64,000 bases of DNA from an uncultured delta proteobacterium (GCA_963708295.1 CAVPSJ010000017.1:288001-352000); one strand, 5' to 3'; shown: positions 51,084 through 61,391, counted from the first letter of the stretch. Notes: a model not told the origin generated them from the sequence alone. Numbers and translations are program-made.

Positions 51084-52149
51084 TTATGACGATTCATCTT
51101 TTTCGGATACACCGGCTTCGGAAAAAGTGGCCATTTCATCAAGGATCCTAAGACTGGCCTCTGCCAGAGATATTCCCAAAGCCGCCCCCGTTCCCTCACC
51201 CAGACGAAGGCCAAGATTGAGCAAGGGCTTCAGGCCGAGATGGTCCAAGATGATTCTATGTCCCTCCTCCACCGATTGATGAGATGCGATCAAATAAGGT
51301 TTAGCTTGAGGGGAAAGCGACGTGGCAATCAAGGCGGCGGCACCGGAGATAAAGCCGTCGAGAACGACCGGGATCTGATATCTGGCTCCAGCCAGTATCA
51401 CCCCCGCAATTCCTCCGATCTCAAGACCTCCCACTCTGGACAGCACATCAATGGCATCTTTCGGATCCGGCCGATTTCGTTCCAGCGCCGCCTGGATGAC
51501 CTTGACTTTTTTCTCCCATCCCTTATCATCAAGGCCTGTCCCCCTTCCCGTAACAGCTGCAACGTCAGTCCCTGTCAATGCTGATGTGATTGCACTGGAA
51601 GCCGTCGTGTTGCCGATTCCCATATCGCCGGTTCCTAAAATATCCATTCCTTTCGACAATTCCTCTTCAACCAACTCAATTCCCGCTTCAATCGAACGGA
51701 TCGCTTCCTCTCTTGCTCATGGCAGGTCCTTTGGCCATGTTCTGAGTTCCCATCGCCACTTTTTTGTCTACCAGATCGGAATGTCGTTCAAGGACGGAGG
51801 CCACTCCCAGGTCTGCGATGACCACCCTGGCTCCTATATGTCGGGCGAGTACATTGATTGCGGCCCCACCTCGAAGAAAATTATAGACCATCTGGGGGGT
51901 AACTTCAGACGGATAGGCGCTGACTCCTTCTTTCGTAATACCGTGGTCTCCGGCCAACGTAAAGATGACTTTGTGAGCAATCCGGGGCCTTGGGTTTCCT
52001 TTGATTCCTGCGACCTGGATAGAGAGGGACTCAAGCTGCCCCAACGAGCCTTGCGGTTTCGTGAGATCATTTTGTCTCTTTCTGGCCTCTGCCATGGCCT
52101 CTTTATTTAACGGTTTGATTTCTGCAAGGGTACGGTTCATTTTTTCCAT
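51084..52149 (-). CDS. cobT: Nicotinate-nucleotide--dimethylbenzimidazole phosphoribosyltransferase, +1 frameshift near 51713
   Basis: LTKPQGSLGQLE, AGDHG, GDMGIGNTT, LRLGEGTGA; removing one A restores GPAMSREEAIRSIEAG. Confidence 0.92.
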
Positions 52150-52395
52150 CGATTTTTCCTATCCTCCTGATTTCTCCCTCACCCGCCATCGGAATGCGCA
52201 CGTTTAGGGTAAGAGGCTATTATCGCTGACGCAAGAAACTCAATTCTGCATGGATTTGAAGCCCCTGAGTTCCATGATTAAAAGGTTGCGCTCTAAAGCT
52301 TCCTCACCCGCCTGTCTGCCCCGTTTCTTAGAATTTCTGTCACTTCTCCCCATCATGACAAGGTCTCCTTCGGAGAGGGCAGGGTGGGGTGTATG

Positions 52396-53385
52396 TCAAT
52401 TTATAAAATACATTTGAACTAAAATGACGATGATCACAGCAATGAGAGAGTTGACGAGCATAAAGTTAAGCGATTCCTTTGCCACGTTTCGATCGATCGG
52501 TCTTTCGGGTTCTCCGATCAAAGGTTTCTCCTCGACTCTTCCGAAGTAGAAATTCTTCCCCCCTAATTGAACCCCAAGCGCTCCAGCCATCGCTGCTTCA
52601 GGATATCCGCTGTTGGGGCTCGGATGCTTTCTGCCATCTCTCCGTGCCGCTCTCCATGCCCCTCTCCAATTCTTCCTCAGGGTGAAGGAGGAAAGGACAA
52701 ACAAAAGTGCGGTCAGCCGTGAAGGGATGAGGTTAGCGAGGTCGTCTCCCCTCGCCGACGCCCACCCGAGATATCGATAGCGGTCATTTCGATAACCCAC
52801 CATCGAGTCCAAAGTATTGAGAGCTTTGTAGGCCATGGCCAAAGGAGGGCCTCCGATGACCAAATAGAACAAGGGGGCCACGATACCGTCCGAGGTGTTT
52901 TCCGAAACGGTCTCAATCAGGGCTCGGCAGATTTCTTTCTCATCGAGATGATTCGTCTCTCGACCGACGAGGAATCCAATTTGTTTCCGAGCAAGGGCAA
53001 GGTCTTCCTGCTCCAAAGCCCGGATGACCTTTCTGGGCTCATCATAGAGATTTCGTGTTGCCAGTGTGGTATAGGCAAAAAAAATGGAGATGACGGACGA
53101 AAAAACAGGATGGACCCAGCCCGCCATTCGGATGATGGCCCATGTCGAGATCCCTGCCCCGGAGACGATGGTGGCAGCCAGGATCACCCCTGAAAGGCGT
53201 TGCATCCGAGGCGTGTGGGCCCGTTGAAGAAGCTTTTTCTCAAGAAAGGAGATGGTCCTTCCTATCCATTTTACCGGATGAGGGTAACCGGGAGGGTCTC
53301 CAAAAAGTAGATCGGCGACATAGGCCGCTGAGATTTCGAGAACAGTCATGGGATTATCCGGGAAATAGGACAGCGCAAACGGCAC
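52396..53385 (-). CDS. cbiB: Adenosylcobinamide-phosphate synthase
   Basis: GDP...HPV, ENTSDGIVAP, NTLDSMVGY, HPSPNSGYPEAA. Confidence 0.95.
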   Translation of the reverse strand: MPFALSYFPDNPMTVLEISAAYVADLLFGDPPGYPHPVKWIGRTISFLEKKLLQRAHTPRMQRLSGVILAATIVSGAGISTWAIIRMAGWVHPVFSSVISIFFAYTTLATRNLYDEPRKVIRALEQEDLALARKQIGFLVGRETNHLDEKEICRALIETVSENTSDGIVAPLFYLVIGGPPLAMAYKALNTLDSMVGYRNDRYRYLGWASARGDDLANLIPSRLTALLFVLSSFTLRKNWRGAWRAARRDGRKHPSPNSGYPEAAMAGALGVQLGGKNFYFGRVEEKPLIGEPERPIDRNVAKESLNFMLVNSLIAVIIVILVQMYFIN

Positions 53386-53406
53386 GGAACGGTTTGAAAC
53401 CGTTCT

Positions 53407-54144
53407 CTACTTCAAAATAATAAGAAAGATGAGGCATAAGAGCTCCGAGAGTTCATTTGCCGCGCCGAGAATGTCTCCTGTCACTCCGCCCAATTTCTTC
53501 AGAAAGAAAAGACGAAATGCGAGACTGAAAAGCCCGATCCCTAAAAAGACCATCCCCCCGTCCAGCCCCCGAAGCAGCAGTCCAATACCCAATCCTGAAG
53601 CGGAAGAGATGATCATTTCCCGGGTGGTCAGGTTTTCAACAAAAGGTTTGGCCAATCCTCCGCCAGCCCTGGCATAGGGCGATCGAAAACAGACCCAAAC
53701 CATAGAATTTCTTCCCATCACCGTCATCAAGATGAGTGAGTAGGGAACGGATGGCCCCACCATTTGTTCTAAAGCAAGATACTTGGCTCCGATCAGGAGG
53801 ATAAGGCCGACGACTCCGAAGGCGCCGATTCTGCTATCTTTCATCACTTCCAGGATATCTTCTTTGGGTCCGCCAGCGGCGAAACCATCGATGGTATCTG
53901 CAAATCCATCCAGATGGAGGCCTCTGGTCAGGAGGACGAGACATCCCAATGTCAACCAGAGAACAAGGGAATTGGAGAAGAGATAGGAGAGCAAGAAGTA
54001 GGCGACGGCCAAGAGCAGGCCGATCACCAAGCCCACCCAAGGAAAGAAAGCCATCGAACGGGCTAATCCCTTTTCATCGGGAAGCGGAAGTCGAGTCATC
54101 GGCAGAATGGTAAGGAAAGAAAGTGCTTGAAGGAAATCTTTCAT
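53407..54144 (-). CDS. cobS: Adenosylcobinamide-GDP ribazoletransferase
   Basis: FLTILP, GLHLDGFADTIDG, MKDSRIGAFG, GGVTGDILGA. Confidence 0.95.
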   Translation of the reverse strand: MKDFLQALSFLTILPMTRLPLPDEKGLARSMAFFPWVGLVIGLLLAVAYFLLSYLFSNSLVLWLTLGCLVLLTRGLHLDGFADTIDGFAAGGPKEDILEVMKDSRIGAFGVVGLILLIGAKYLALEQMVGPSVPYSLILMTVMGRNSMVWVCFRSPYARAGGGLAKPFVENLTTREMIISSASGLGIGLLLRGLDGGMVFLGIGLFSLAFRLFFLKKLGGVTGDILGAANELSELLCLIFLIILK

Positions 54145-54671
54145 TTTTCCCTCTTCAAAAATACGGGCATCCCTGAAACCATAAAGACGACCGTTTGTGC
54201 CACGGCAGCGATCTTCTGATTAGCCATCCCTGCTAAATCCCTGAAGCGGCGACCTAACGATTCCACCGGTACAATCCCCATCCCGACCTCATTTGAGACA
54301 ATGATGAACGACGATTGGCCCTGTTTCACCGTATCGAGCAATGTGCTTACCTCATTCATGACTTCAGGATCGCTCTTCTGTCTCATCAAAAGATTAGAGA
54401 GCCAGAGCGTCATACAGTCCAGAAGAATAACTTCCGTATGATTCGCGTGCTGTCTGATCGCATCAGCAACCTTGATCGGTTCTTCAACCGTCTGCCAGTC
54501 CAAACCCCTCTTCTTTTTGTGATCTTCGATGCGCTTAGCCATCTCTTCATCGAAGGCTTCAGCGGTCGCCAGGTAGAGCTTTTTATGGAAATGGTGATTG
54601 GCATAATCCAATGCAAATTGGCTTTTGCCGCTTCGACATCCCCCGGTGACAAAAATCAATGTTGTATCCAT
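54141..54671 (-). CDS. cobU: Adenosylcobinamide kinase / guanylyltransferase
   Basis: GGCRSGKS, YLATA, DCMTLWLSN, VSNEVGMG. Confidence 0.95.
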   Translation of the reverse strand: MDTTLIFVTGGCRSGKSQFALDYANHHFHKKLYLATAEAFDEEMAKRIEDHKKKRGLDWQTVEEPIKVADAIRQHANHTEVILLDCMTLWLSNLLMRQKSDPEVMNEVSTLLDTVKQGQSSFIIVSNEVGMGIVPVESLGRRFRDLAGMANQKIAAVAQTVVFMVSGMPVFLKREK

Positions 54672-55702
54672 TTCTCCTCCAGAATGGAGAGCGAACTCCT
54701 GAGTTCATTCATTGAAAAAACCTCTATCGAGACGATCCCATGATAATGGCGAAGGGAGGACAGAATGAGATCCAGCTCTGGCTCCGGCAATGTATCAATT
54801 CCGAGGTGGTCCGAACCGTTGCGAAATCCGTGAAGATGGATGATGGAAGTCCCGGGAAGATAAGTTTCCAGATAATGCCGGAGATCATAGCCGTGGGTCA
54901 GGATGTGGCCAATATCGAGACATACGGAAAGCCCAAATTCCCTGACGTTGTCTTCGATCCATTCGAAGGGATACCCGAGAGTTTCGATGGAAATCCGTTT
55001 GCTTTCGATTCCGGAATCCAGAATTTCCTTTATGGATTGGGACACGCGCCGTTGCCATGCCTCGATATCCCTTTCCTGGACAGATTCCTCCCCTCCTCCC
55101 GTGAGAGACTGTGTCGTCATCCTCTTTTTGTCATTGCGAGCGAACGAAGCGGGCGTGCCTGCACGCCGAAGTGCCCCGTCAAGAGCATCTGATGAGTAAG
55201 AGTTTCGGCACGCAGGCGTGGCAATCGCTCTATTTCGAATGCCTCTTGAGATTGTTTCGGTCGTTTCACTCCTTCGCAATGACATTGCGAAGGAGGTTCT
55301 TGGTAAAAAAGGAATGGGGGGATTTATAAAATCGAGATGAAGCGTGTAGACGGATGGATTCAAGGGAAGGGTCCGTTCCATCACTGTTTTTATTATAGAA
55401 GTCCCATGGGTTCTGACGTCGTCACGTTCATCCCCAAGAGATACATCGAGAGGCAAATGAATATTGAAGCCCAGACGGTGGAGTTTGGAGAGTTCAACGA
55501 GGTGGTCAATCACGCCGGGGTCTGGAATACGATCGGGCTTCTCGCTCTCGAAGAGGACCAATTCGATCTCATCGAAAAAAGGACCCAGCTTGGCGACATT
55601 GGGGACGATCTCGTCGGGATAAATGTAAGAGGTCGTCCCCAGCTTGAAAGGAAATCTTCCCCGGTAATTTTTAAGCATCCATGAGTCCAATTTTTTTCTC
55701 AA
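54656..55702 (-). CDS. cbiR: Cobamide remodelling phosphodiesterase CbiR-like protein with in-frame repeat-derived insertion
   Basis: FKLGTTSYI, IELVLFES, HLPLD, CLDIGH, HLHG..DH, EVF (AP endonuclease 2 fold) within the cob operon. Confidence 0.75.
   Translation of the reverse strand: MRKKLDSWMLKNYRGRFPFKLGTTSYIYPDEIVPNVAKLGPFFDEIELVLFESEKPDRIPDPGVIDHLVELSKLHRLGFNIHLPLDVSLGDERDDVRTHGTSIIKTVMERTLPLNPSVYTLHLDFINPPIPFLPRTSFAMSLRRSETTETISRGIRNRAIATPACRNSYSSDALDGALRRAGTPASFARNDKKRMTTQSLTGGGEESVQERDIEAWQRRVSQSIKEILDSGIESKRISIETLGYPFEWIEDNVREFGLSVCLDIGHILTHGYDLRHYLETYLPGTSIIHLHGFRNGSDHLGIDTLPEPELDLILSSLRHYHGIVSIEVFSMNELRSSLSILEEKWIQH
55085..55323. repeat. Nested REP/MITE-derived insertion inside cbiR
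   Basis: GTCATTGCGAG...GCAATC and GAGATTG...CGCAATGAC arms, inner CCTGCACGCCGAA..TTCGGCACGCAGG, GAGACTGTGTCG end. Confidence 0.75.
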
Positions 55703-55713
55703 TAATGGGAGAG

Positions 55714-56445
55714 CTATGGGGACAACAGCGACTTTCTCAGATTGACGACCTTCCCGACGACAAAAACGGCCGGAGCGTTGATATGCTGTGCCTTTGATTT
55801 CTTAAAGATATTTTCCAAATTTCCCTGGACAACCTTCTGGCCGGGAAGCGTTCCTTTTTCAATCAGCGCGCAGGGGGTTTCCGGGCTTCTTCCATCTTCC
55901 AGAAGCTTCTCGGCGATCCTCTGCAAGTTTGCTACGGGCATCAGGAAAACCAGGGTGTCGGCATTGGCGATCTTGACTTCCTCGTCATCTCTCCGATGTC
56001 CGGTAATGACTGCCACCGAGGAGGCATAATCACGGTGTGTCAAGGGTACTCCTGCGGCAGCAGGAACGGCGACTGCTGAACTGACGCCGGAGACAACCTC
56101 AAAGGGAATGTTCTTCTCGACCAGGGAGGCGGCCTCTTCCGCCCCGCGGCCAAAGACGTACGGATCGCCATTCTTCAAACGGACGACGACCGAATGCTTT
56201 CTTGCTTTTTCGACCAGCAGTCGATTGATCTCCTCTTGTTTCATCGTGTGATGGGATGAAGATTTTCCAGCGCAGATCAGCTCGGCCCCCTTCCTGGCGA
56301 AAGACAGGAGGCGCTGATCGATCAGAAAATCATAAACGATCACATCCGCCTGTTGAATGAGTCTCAGCCCTTTGACGGTGATCAATTCCGGATCGCCGGG
56401 ACCCGCCCCCACCAGATAGACCTTGCCTTTTCTTTCCTCTTTCAT
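55714..56445 (-). CDS. cobA: Uroporphyrinogen-III C-methyltransferase
   Basis: VYLVGAGPGDPELIT, RLKNGDPYVFGRGAEE, PLTHR, ITGH. Confidence 0.95.
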   Translation of the reverse strand: MKEERKGKVYLVGAGPGDPELITVKGLRLIQQADVIVYDFLIDQRLLSFARKGAELICAGKSSSHHTMKQEEINRLLVEKARKHSVVVRLKNGDPYVFGRGAEEAASLVEKNIPFEVVSGVSSAVAVPAAAGVPLTHRDYASSVAVITGHRRDDEEVKIANADTLVFLMPVANLQRIAEKLLEDGRSPETPCALIEKGTLPGQKVVQGNLENIFKKSKAQHINAPAVFVVGKVVNLRKSLLSP

Positions 56446-56451
56446 TGCAAT

Positions 56452-56925
56452 CTACCCCTTTGTCTTTGCGAGTTTTCTTTTTTCGATAAACTTCCTTATC
56501 CTGTCTCGGATGCGTACGGACGTCGCAGGAGAAAGGCCATCCGTTGAAACAGCGATGGAGACCCCTCTCTTTCGAAGCACTGCCGGAAGGATGAAGGCGG
56601 AGTCCTTTGCCGAATCGACGACATTGACAAGGAGCTTCCGCTTTGCCGCATCTCTGGCGATCTCTGCATTGACTTTACGGTCGGAAGTGGCGGCATAGAC
56701 CAGAAAAGCTCCCTTCAGATGGCTGGCCCGGTATTCACTCCGGGTATCATCGATCTTCCGTTGGCTTACCCATTTCGACAAGCGATCGGTCAAATCGGGG
56801 CTGACCACCCTGACCCGGGCTCCGCAGAGAAGGAGGTTTCTCACCTTTCTTTCCGCTACCCTTCCTCCCCCGATCACCACGCAGCGTCTATCTTTGATAT
56901 TCAGGTTGATCGGATAATATTTCAT
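56452..56925 (-). CDS. Precorrin-2 dehydrogenase (SirC / CysG N-terminal-like)
   Basis: YYPI, VVIGGGRVAERK, AATSD..VN, VNVVD, IAVSTDGLSP. Confidence 0.9.
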   Translation of the reverse strand: MKYYPINLNIKDRRCVVIGGGRVAERKVRNLLLCGARVRVVSPDLTDRLSKWVSQRKIDDTRSEYRASHLKGAFLVYAATSDRKVNAEIARDAAKRKLLVNVVDSAKDSAFILPAVLRKRGVSIAVSTDGLSPATSVRIRDRIRKFIEKRKLAKTKG

Positions 56926-56992
56926 TGTTTTCGATCACTCCATCCAATGGCAAGCACCCGTATGTTCTCCCTCACCCTTACCCTCTTCCCTG

Positions 56993-57219
56993 GAGACTGT
57001 GTCGCAAAGGAACGTCCGAGGAGAGAGGTAGTCGGGTTCCAAAGTTTTAGAATGCGGGTTTTTTAGGTATGCGAAACCATCGTTGGCTCAAAATTATATG
57101 TCTTCATATGGTTGGCGACCCTGAATCCAAACGGTTAAAGGTTGCCGCTCTAAATCTTTTTCACCCGACCGCCTCTCTCTTTTTCGAAAAGCGGTGCTTT
57201 CATATTGCGACACAGCCTC
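56993..57219. mobile_element. MITE with 15-bp terminal inverted repeats inserted into a REP hairpin
   Basis: GAGACTGTGTCGCAA ... TTGCGACACAGCCTC (14/15 match), flanked by CCCTCACCCTTACCCTCTTCCC and GGGGAGAGGG. Confidence 0.75.
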
Positions 57220-57316
57220 CCGGGGAGAGGGGACAATCGAAGTAATTTCTACGCAAGATGCGGCCTCCGGAGCCTGACCGCCGCCATCTTGGTTACTTTG
57301 AATTCCCCTTTGGAAT

Positions 57317-58189
57317 TCATTTGGGATTTGGAGCTTGGAATTTGGCATTTTTATTTTGCTTCCGTTCGTATCCCCGGGGAGTGATCATGTAGCTGCCCTT
57401 CGTGAAAGTCTTTGAATTGCCCACGATGACCGTTGCTCCCATATCGATCTGCTTGACCCTAAGCATTTCCTTCAAGGGAACGAGTATGACTTCTTCATCG
57501 GCCCTTCTCGCATTTCGTACAACCCCTACGGGAGTTTGGGGGGACCGGTATTTCAACAGAATTTCCCACGCTTTTTCAAGAGGCTTGATCCTTTTCTTGC
57601 TCTTCGGATTGTAGAAGACGATGACAAAATCGCCCTGGCAAGCGGACCGGATCCTCTTCTCAATCACCTTGGCATCCGTCAGGAGATCGCTTAAAGAGAT
57701 CACTGCAAAATCGTTCATCAAGGGCGCTCCCAGGAGACTGGCGCAGCTGGAGGCTGCCGTCACTCCCGGAACAATCTCCAAGGGAATTTTTGAATCCCCC
57801 TCCTTCGCGAGAAGCTCGAGGATGACCCCGGCCATGCCATAGATGCCCGGGTCACCACTTGAAACGAGACAGACATCGTTTCCCGCAAGGGCCTTCTCAA
57901 TCGCTCTTCCGGCCCGGGTGAGCTCCTGTGTCATCCCCGAAGAGATGATCTCCTTGCCGGCCAAGAGACCCCCGGTCAGATCGCTATCGAGAAGCCGGAG
58001 GTAGGCCTGGTAGCCCACAATGACGTCACAGTTTCTGAGGGCTTGATAGGCCCGTGGGGTCAAGGAATCCCTGTCTCCAGGGCCGATTCCGACAATCCTT
58101 AACCTTCCCTGGCGATGGCCACGCAGACCCTGCCTTGCTTGAGTTTGGGCACGATCAGCTTTGTCTTTCTTCCTGCCAAGAGTGCGCAA
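57317..58189 (-). CDS. cbiH: Cobalt-precorrin-3B C17-methyltransferase (start uncertain; homology begins ~58105)
   Basis: IVGIGPG, VGYQAY, SSGDPGIYGMAG, GAPLMNDFAVISLSDLLT, MITPRGY. Confidence 0.9.
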   Translation of the reverse strand: MRTLGRKKDKADRAQTQARQGLRGHRQGRLRIVGIGPGDRDSLTPRAYQALRNCDVIVGYQAYLRLLDSDLTGGLLAGKEIISSGMTQELTRAGRAIEKALAGNDVCLVSSGDPGIYGMAGVILELLAKEGDSKIPLEIVPGVTAASSCASLLGAPLMNDFAVISLSDLLTDAKVIEKRIRSACQGDFVIVFYNPKSKKRIKPLEKAWEILLKYRSPQTPVGVVRNARRADEEVILVPLKEMLRVKQIDMGATVIVGNSKTFTKGSYMITPRGYERKQNKNAKFQAPNPK

Positions 58190-58839
58190 GGTTCGCTCAC
58201 CCCCTCCACTCCGATTTTTTCTTTAACAAAGGAGGACCTATGGTAAGGTCCGTTAAAACGCTTAACCTGATCCATGGAAACTATTTTCAAAGGAAGACCC
58301 AGGTGGAGGCAGGCCCCCTTCAGGCCGGGTTCATCTCCCTTTAGGCCGATTGTCGCAACGCACCGGATGTCCTCTCTCGAGCATTCGCCTTTTTTTAGAG
58401 CCCGGTCGATCGCTTCAAGGATCTCTTCCTGGCTCGTCCCTTTTCGACAGCCGACGCCAACGATCAGACGCTTCATCGTTTCAGAGGCGGTTGTGATCAC
58501 CGATTCGGCGCGGAGAATGGAAGCCACCTGGCTGGCCAGCCGGTTGGCCCCTCCTTCGTGACCGGAGAGGGCGCTGATCGCAAACCTTCTGTTTTCGTCC
58601 ACCACGACGACCGCGGGATCGGTATGTTTGCTTTTGATGAACGGCGCAATCACCCGGATGACGATTCCCAAAGCCATGATAAAGATGAGCCCTTCATATT
58701 GATCAAAAATTTCTGCCACCGTCTTCCGAAGGGCATTGGACTCGGATAAGAAATAGACCTGGTTTTCTTCGAGGGAGACGGCCAGTTCTTGAGCCGTCTC
58801 GTTCCCTTCCTTCGTAATGGCGATGATGGCTACCTTCAC
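58099..58839 (-). CDS. cbiG: Cobalt-precorrin-5A hydrolase
   Basis: MALGIVIR.IAP, KHTDPAVVVVD, LSGHEGGAN, GVGCRKG, GVSEPCA. Confidence 0.93.
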   Translation of the reverse strand: MKVAIIAITKEGNETAQELAVSLEENQVYFLSESNALRKTVAEIFDQYEGLIFIMALGIVIRVIAPFIKSKHTDPAVVVVDENRRFAISALSGHEGGANRLASQVASILRAESVITTASETMKRLIVGVGCRKGTSQEEILEAIDRALKKGECSREDIRCVATIGLKGDEPGLKGACLHLGLPLKIVSMDQVKRFNGPYHRSSFVKEKIGVEGVSEPCALLAGRKTKLIVPKLKQGRVCVAIAREG

Positions 58840-59091
58840 CCCGCCCTTCCTTTCATAAAGGTATTTTTCAACCTGAGCTTTAAGCGTCCTAATGCACTAC
58901 CGCGATGTTCTAAACGTTTTTCCCTTTCGAAATCATCCTTTCAACAGGGAGTAAGTGTTTTGTAGAATATACTTTTCCATTTTGATGTTCTTTCATTCTT
59001 TTTTCTAAAGTTGAGGTACATCCAACATAAATAGAAGCATTTCTCTTGCTTTCCGACACCTATACGAAAAATCAATTAGGACGGGCGGGGC

Positions 59092-59850
59092 TCATGAGTT
59101 CTTCCTTTTTCGGAAGCCGTGTTCGAAATCGGCGTCGTAGAGTTTCGATCTCCGGTAAGTCTTTCCGAGAACTTCTCCCACGACAATCAGCGCATGACGT
59201 TTGATCCCCGCTTCCTTCACCTTCTCGGCAATCGTTCCCAGGGTGCCGATGATCTTCCGTTCCTCGGCCCAGGAGGCTTTTTCAACGACCGCGACCGGTG
59301 TCTCCTCTCCGTAGCCCTTGGCTAGCTGGGCCACCACCTTCTCGATCTCGTGAACGCTTAAGAAGATTACCATCGTGGCTTTAGTCTCGGCTAACTTCTC
59401 CAGATTTTCCCTTGCAGGAACTTCGGTCCTGCCGGAAATCCTGGTCAGGATCAGGGTTTGGCTGACCCCCGGGAGAGTGAGTTCGCGTCTGAGCGTGGCT
59501 GCAGCAGCCTGATAGGCGCTGATACCGGGAACGATCTCGCAATCGATTCCTTCTTTTTCACACGCGTCCAGTTGTTCCTGCAAAGCGCTGTAGATGGAAA
59601 GATCGCCGGTGTGAACTCTGGCGACCGTTCTTCCGGCCTTTTTCGCCTCCCTGTAGATGTTCAGGATCTCTTCAAGCTCCATCGTTGACGAGTCATGGAG
59701 AACCGCACCCTGCCTTGCGAATTTCAGGATGTCCGGGTTGATCAAAGAGCCTGCATAGATGACCACATCGGATGTCCCAAGGATTCTTTTTGCCTTCAAC
59801 GTCAGAAGCTCCGGGTCACCGGGACCTGCCCCGATAAAGTAGACCTTCAT
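59092..59850 (-). CDS. cbiF: Cobalt-precorrin-4 C11-methyltransferase
   Basis: GAGPGDPEL, YAGSL, RVHTGD.SIY, ELTLPGVSQTLILTR, SKLYD..F.H.FR. Confidence 0.95.
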   Translation of the reverse strand: MKVYFIGAGPGDPELLTLKAKRILGTSDVVIYAGSLINPDILKFARQGAVLHDSSTMELEEILNIYREAKKAGRTVARVHTGDLSIYSALQEQLDACEKEGIDCEIVPGISAYQAAAATLRRELTLPGVSQTLILTRISGRTEVPARENLEKLAETKATMVIFLSVHEIEKVVAQLAKGYGEETPVAVVEKASWAEERKIIGTLGTIAEKVKEAGIKRHALIVVGEVLGKTYRRSKLYDADFEHGFRKRKNS

Positions 59851-60590
59851 TGTAGTTTCCTCTTGGGATTCTTCACGATGATGACGGAAAGATATCCCTC
59901 TCTTTCGACTTTATTCAAAGAGGAGAGATCGTGAATCATCTTCTCTCCAGGCTGCCCGAGGTGGCTCACGAGCACCGAATGCTTCAGAAGGTCCAATTCT
60001 CCGAGCAGGACCATGACCTTGTCCAGTTTCGATCCCACCTTCATGAGGACCACCGTATCAAAGGTTGTGAGCACCTCTTTTAATCCTCTCAGATCTTTTC
60101 TCACAGGAAGGACGGCCAGGGTCTCGTCTGCCTGAACCAGGGGAACCTGCGCTCTGGCTGCCGCGGCATTAAAGGCACTGATTCCAGGAATCGTCTCCAC
60201 TTCGATATCGGGAAAGTTTTGAAGAAGCGTCCTCAGAAGATAGATGTAGGTGCTGTAAATGAAAGGATCTCCCAGCGTGATGAATGCTCCCTGTTTTCCC
60301 TTGGCGATTTCTTCGGCGATCCTTTGAGCTGCCTTCTCCCAGTGGGTCTTTAATACGTTTTGGTCACGGGTCATTGGAAAGGGGAGTTCCACAAACTCCT
60401 TGTCGGCAGAGGTTGTTGTCTCGATAATCGACCGGGCCCAGGAGCTTCCGTCTTCATCCCCCTTTGGACAGAAGACGATATCAACCTGGTCCAGGATCTC
60501 CTTTGCTCTGAGGGTCAGAAGTTTCGGGTCTCCGGGCCCGACTCCGATGCCGTAGAGCTTACCAAAGTTCGTTCTCCGTGCATTCTTATT
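59847..60590 (-). CDS. cbiL: Cobalt-precorrin-2 C20-methyltransferase (frame open to ~60590; nearby ATGs are out of frame)
   Basis: Upstream of the ORF-track start the same frame reads GKLYGIGVGPGDPKLLTLRA; FPM, TLGDPFIYST, VLMK. Confidence 0.9.
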   Translation of the reverse strand, partial: NKNARRTNFGKLYGIGVGPGDPKLLTLRAKEILDQVDIVFCPKGDEDGSSWARSIIETTTSADKEFVELPFPMTRDQNVLKTHWEKAAQRIAEEIAKGKQGAFITLGDPFIYSTYIYLLRTLLQNFPDIEVETIPGISAFNAAAARAQVPLVQADETLAVLPVRKDLRGLKEVLTTFDTVVLMKVGSKLDKVMVLLGELDLLKHSVLVSHLGQPGEKMIHDLSSLNKVEREGYLSVIIVKNPKRKLQ

Positions 60591-60748
60591 CCTGCATATT
60601 AAATTGGGTGTGCGAAATAACCTCTAAAATCCATCTCCATCTCCGATGCCTGCCAGCGGGCAGGGATATCGAAAAAGTGACTGCATTTGAAAAACTTTGG
60701 AGATTAGGTTTTGCCCCGCCCGGCTCCTCAGAGTTTTCCAAGCCTTCG

Positions 60749-61375
60749 TCAATCCTCCTTCTGGATGATCATCACACACAGCCCGAACCCTTCCATGGCC
60801 CTCAGGCTTTTCAGATCCGTATCGACGATTCTTTCATCGGGGTAGGTCAGGTTTTCCATCACAATGGCCCTCCGGTTCTCCACTCCTTTTTCGAGCAAGT
60901 GGGCAGCTATTTTCTCGGGAGGGAGACCCGGATCCGTGAAAAGAAAGGTTTTCATGGAATTCTTGACCCTCGCGGCCAGATCGTCCATCTTCCGGCCATG
61001 GAGACTGAGAAGAGTCGCATCTTCCCATCGCTCTCCTATTCTGGCAAAGGCGATCTGAACGGTGCTGACACCGGGAATGACGACGTAATCTTCTTTTCTT
61101 AAGACCTGCGAGATCGTTCCAAGGAAACTGTAGAGGCCCGGATCTCCGGAGACGAGAACGGCGATCTTCTTCTTCTCCCTCTCCTTCAATAAGAAGGGGA
61201 TCACCTGCTCAAAATTTCCTTCCAATAATTGCTCTTCTTTATGAAGAGGTTGAAACAGACGAAGGGCCCGTCTTCCCCCGATCAAACAGTCTGACCTCTC
61301 GATTTCTTTTCTGGCAATGGGAAGCAGATAATCTTCCGTCCCCGAGCCGACACCGATGATGTAGACTTTGTTCAT
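60749..61375 (-). CDS. cbiE: Cobalt-precorrin-7 C5-methyltransferase
   Basis: IIGVGSG, GGRR.L, SGDPGLYS, PGVSTVQ, SLHGR, ENLTYPDE. Confidence 0.92.
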   Translation of the reverse strand: MNKVYIIGVGSGTEDYLLPIARKEIERSDCLIGGRRALRLFQPLHKEEQLLEGNFEQVIPFLLKEREKKKIAVLVSGDPGLYSFLGTISQVLRKEDYVVIPGVSTVQIAFARIGERWEDATLLSLHGRKMDDLAARVKNSMKTFLFTDPGLPPEKIAAHLLEKGVENRRAIVMENLTYPDERIVDTDLKSLRAMEGFGLCVMIIQKED

Positions 61376-61391
61376 GATGCCCTTTTCTATC

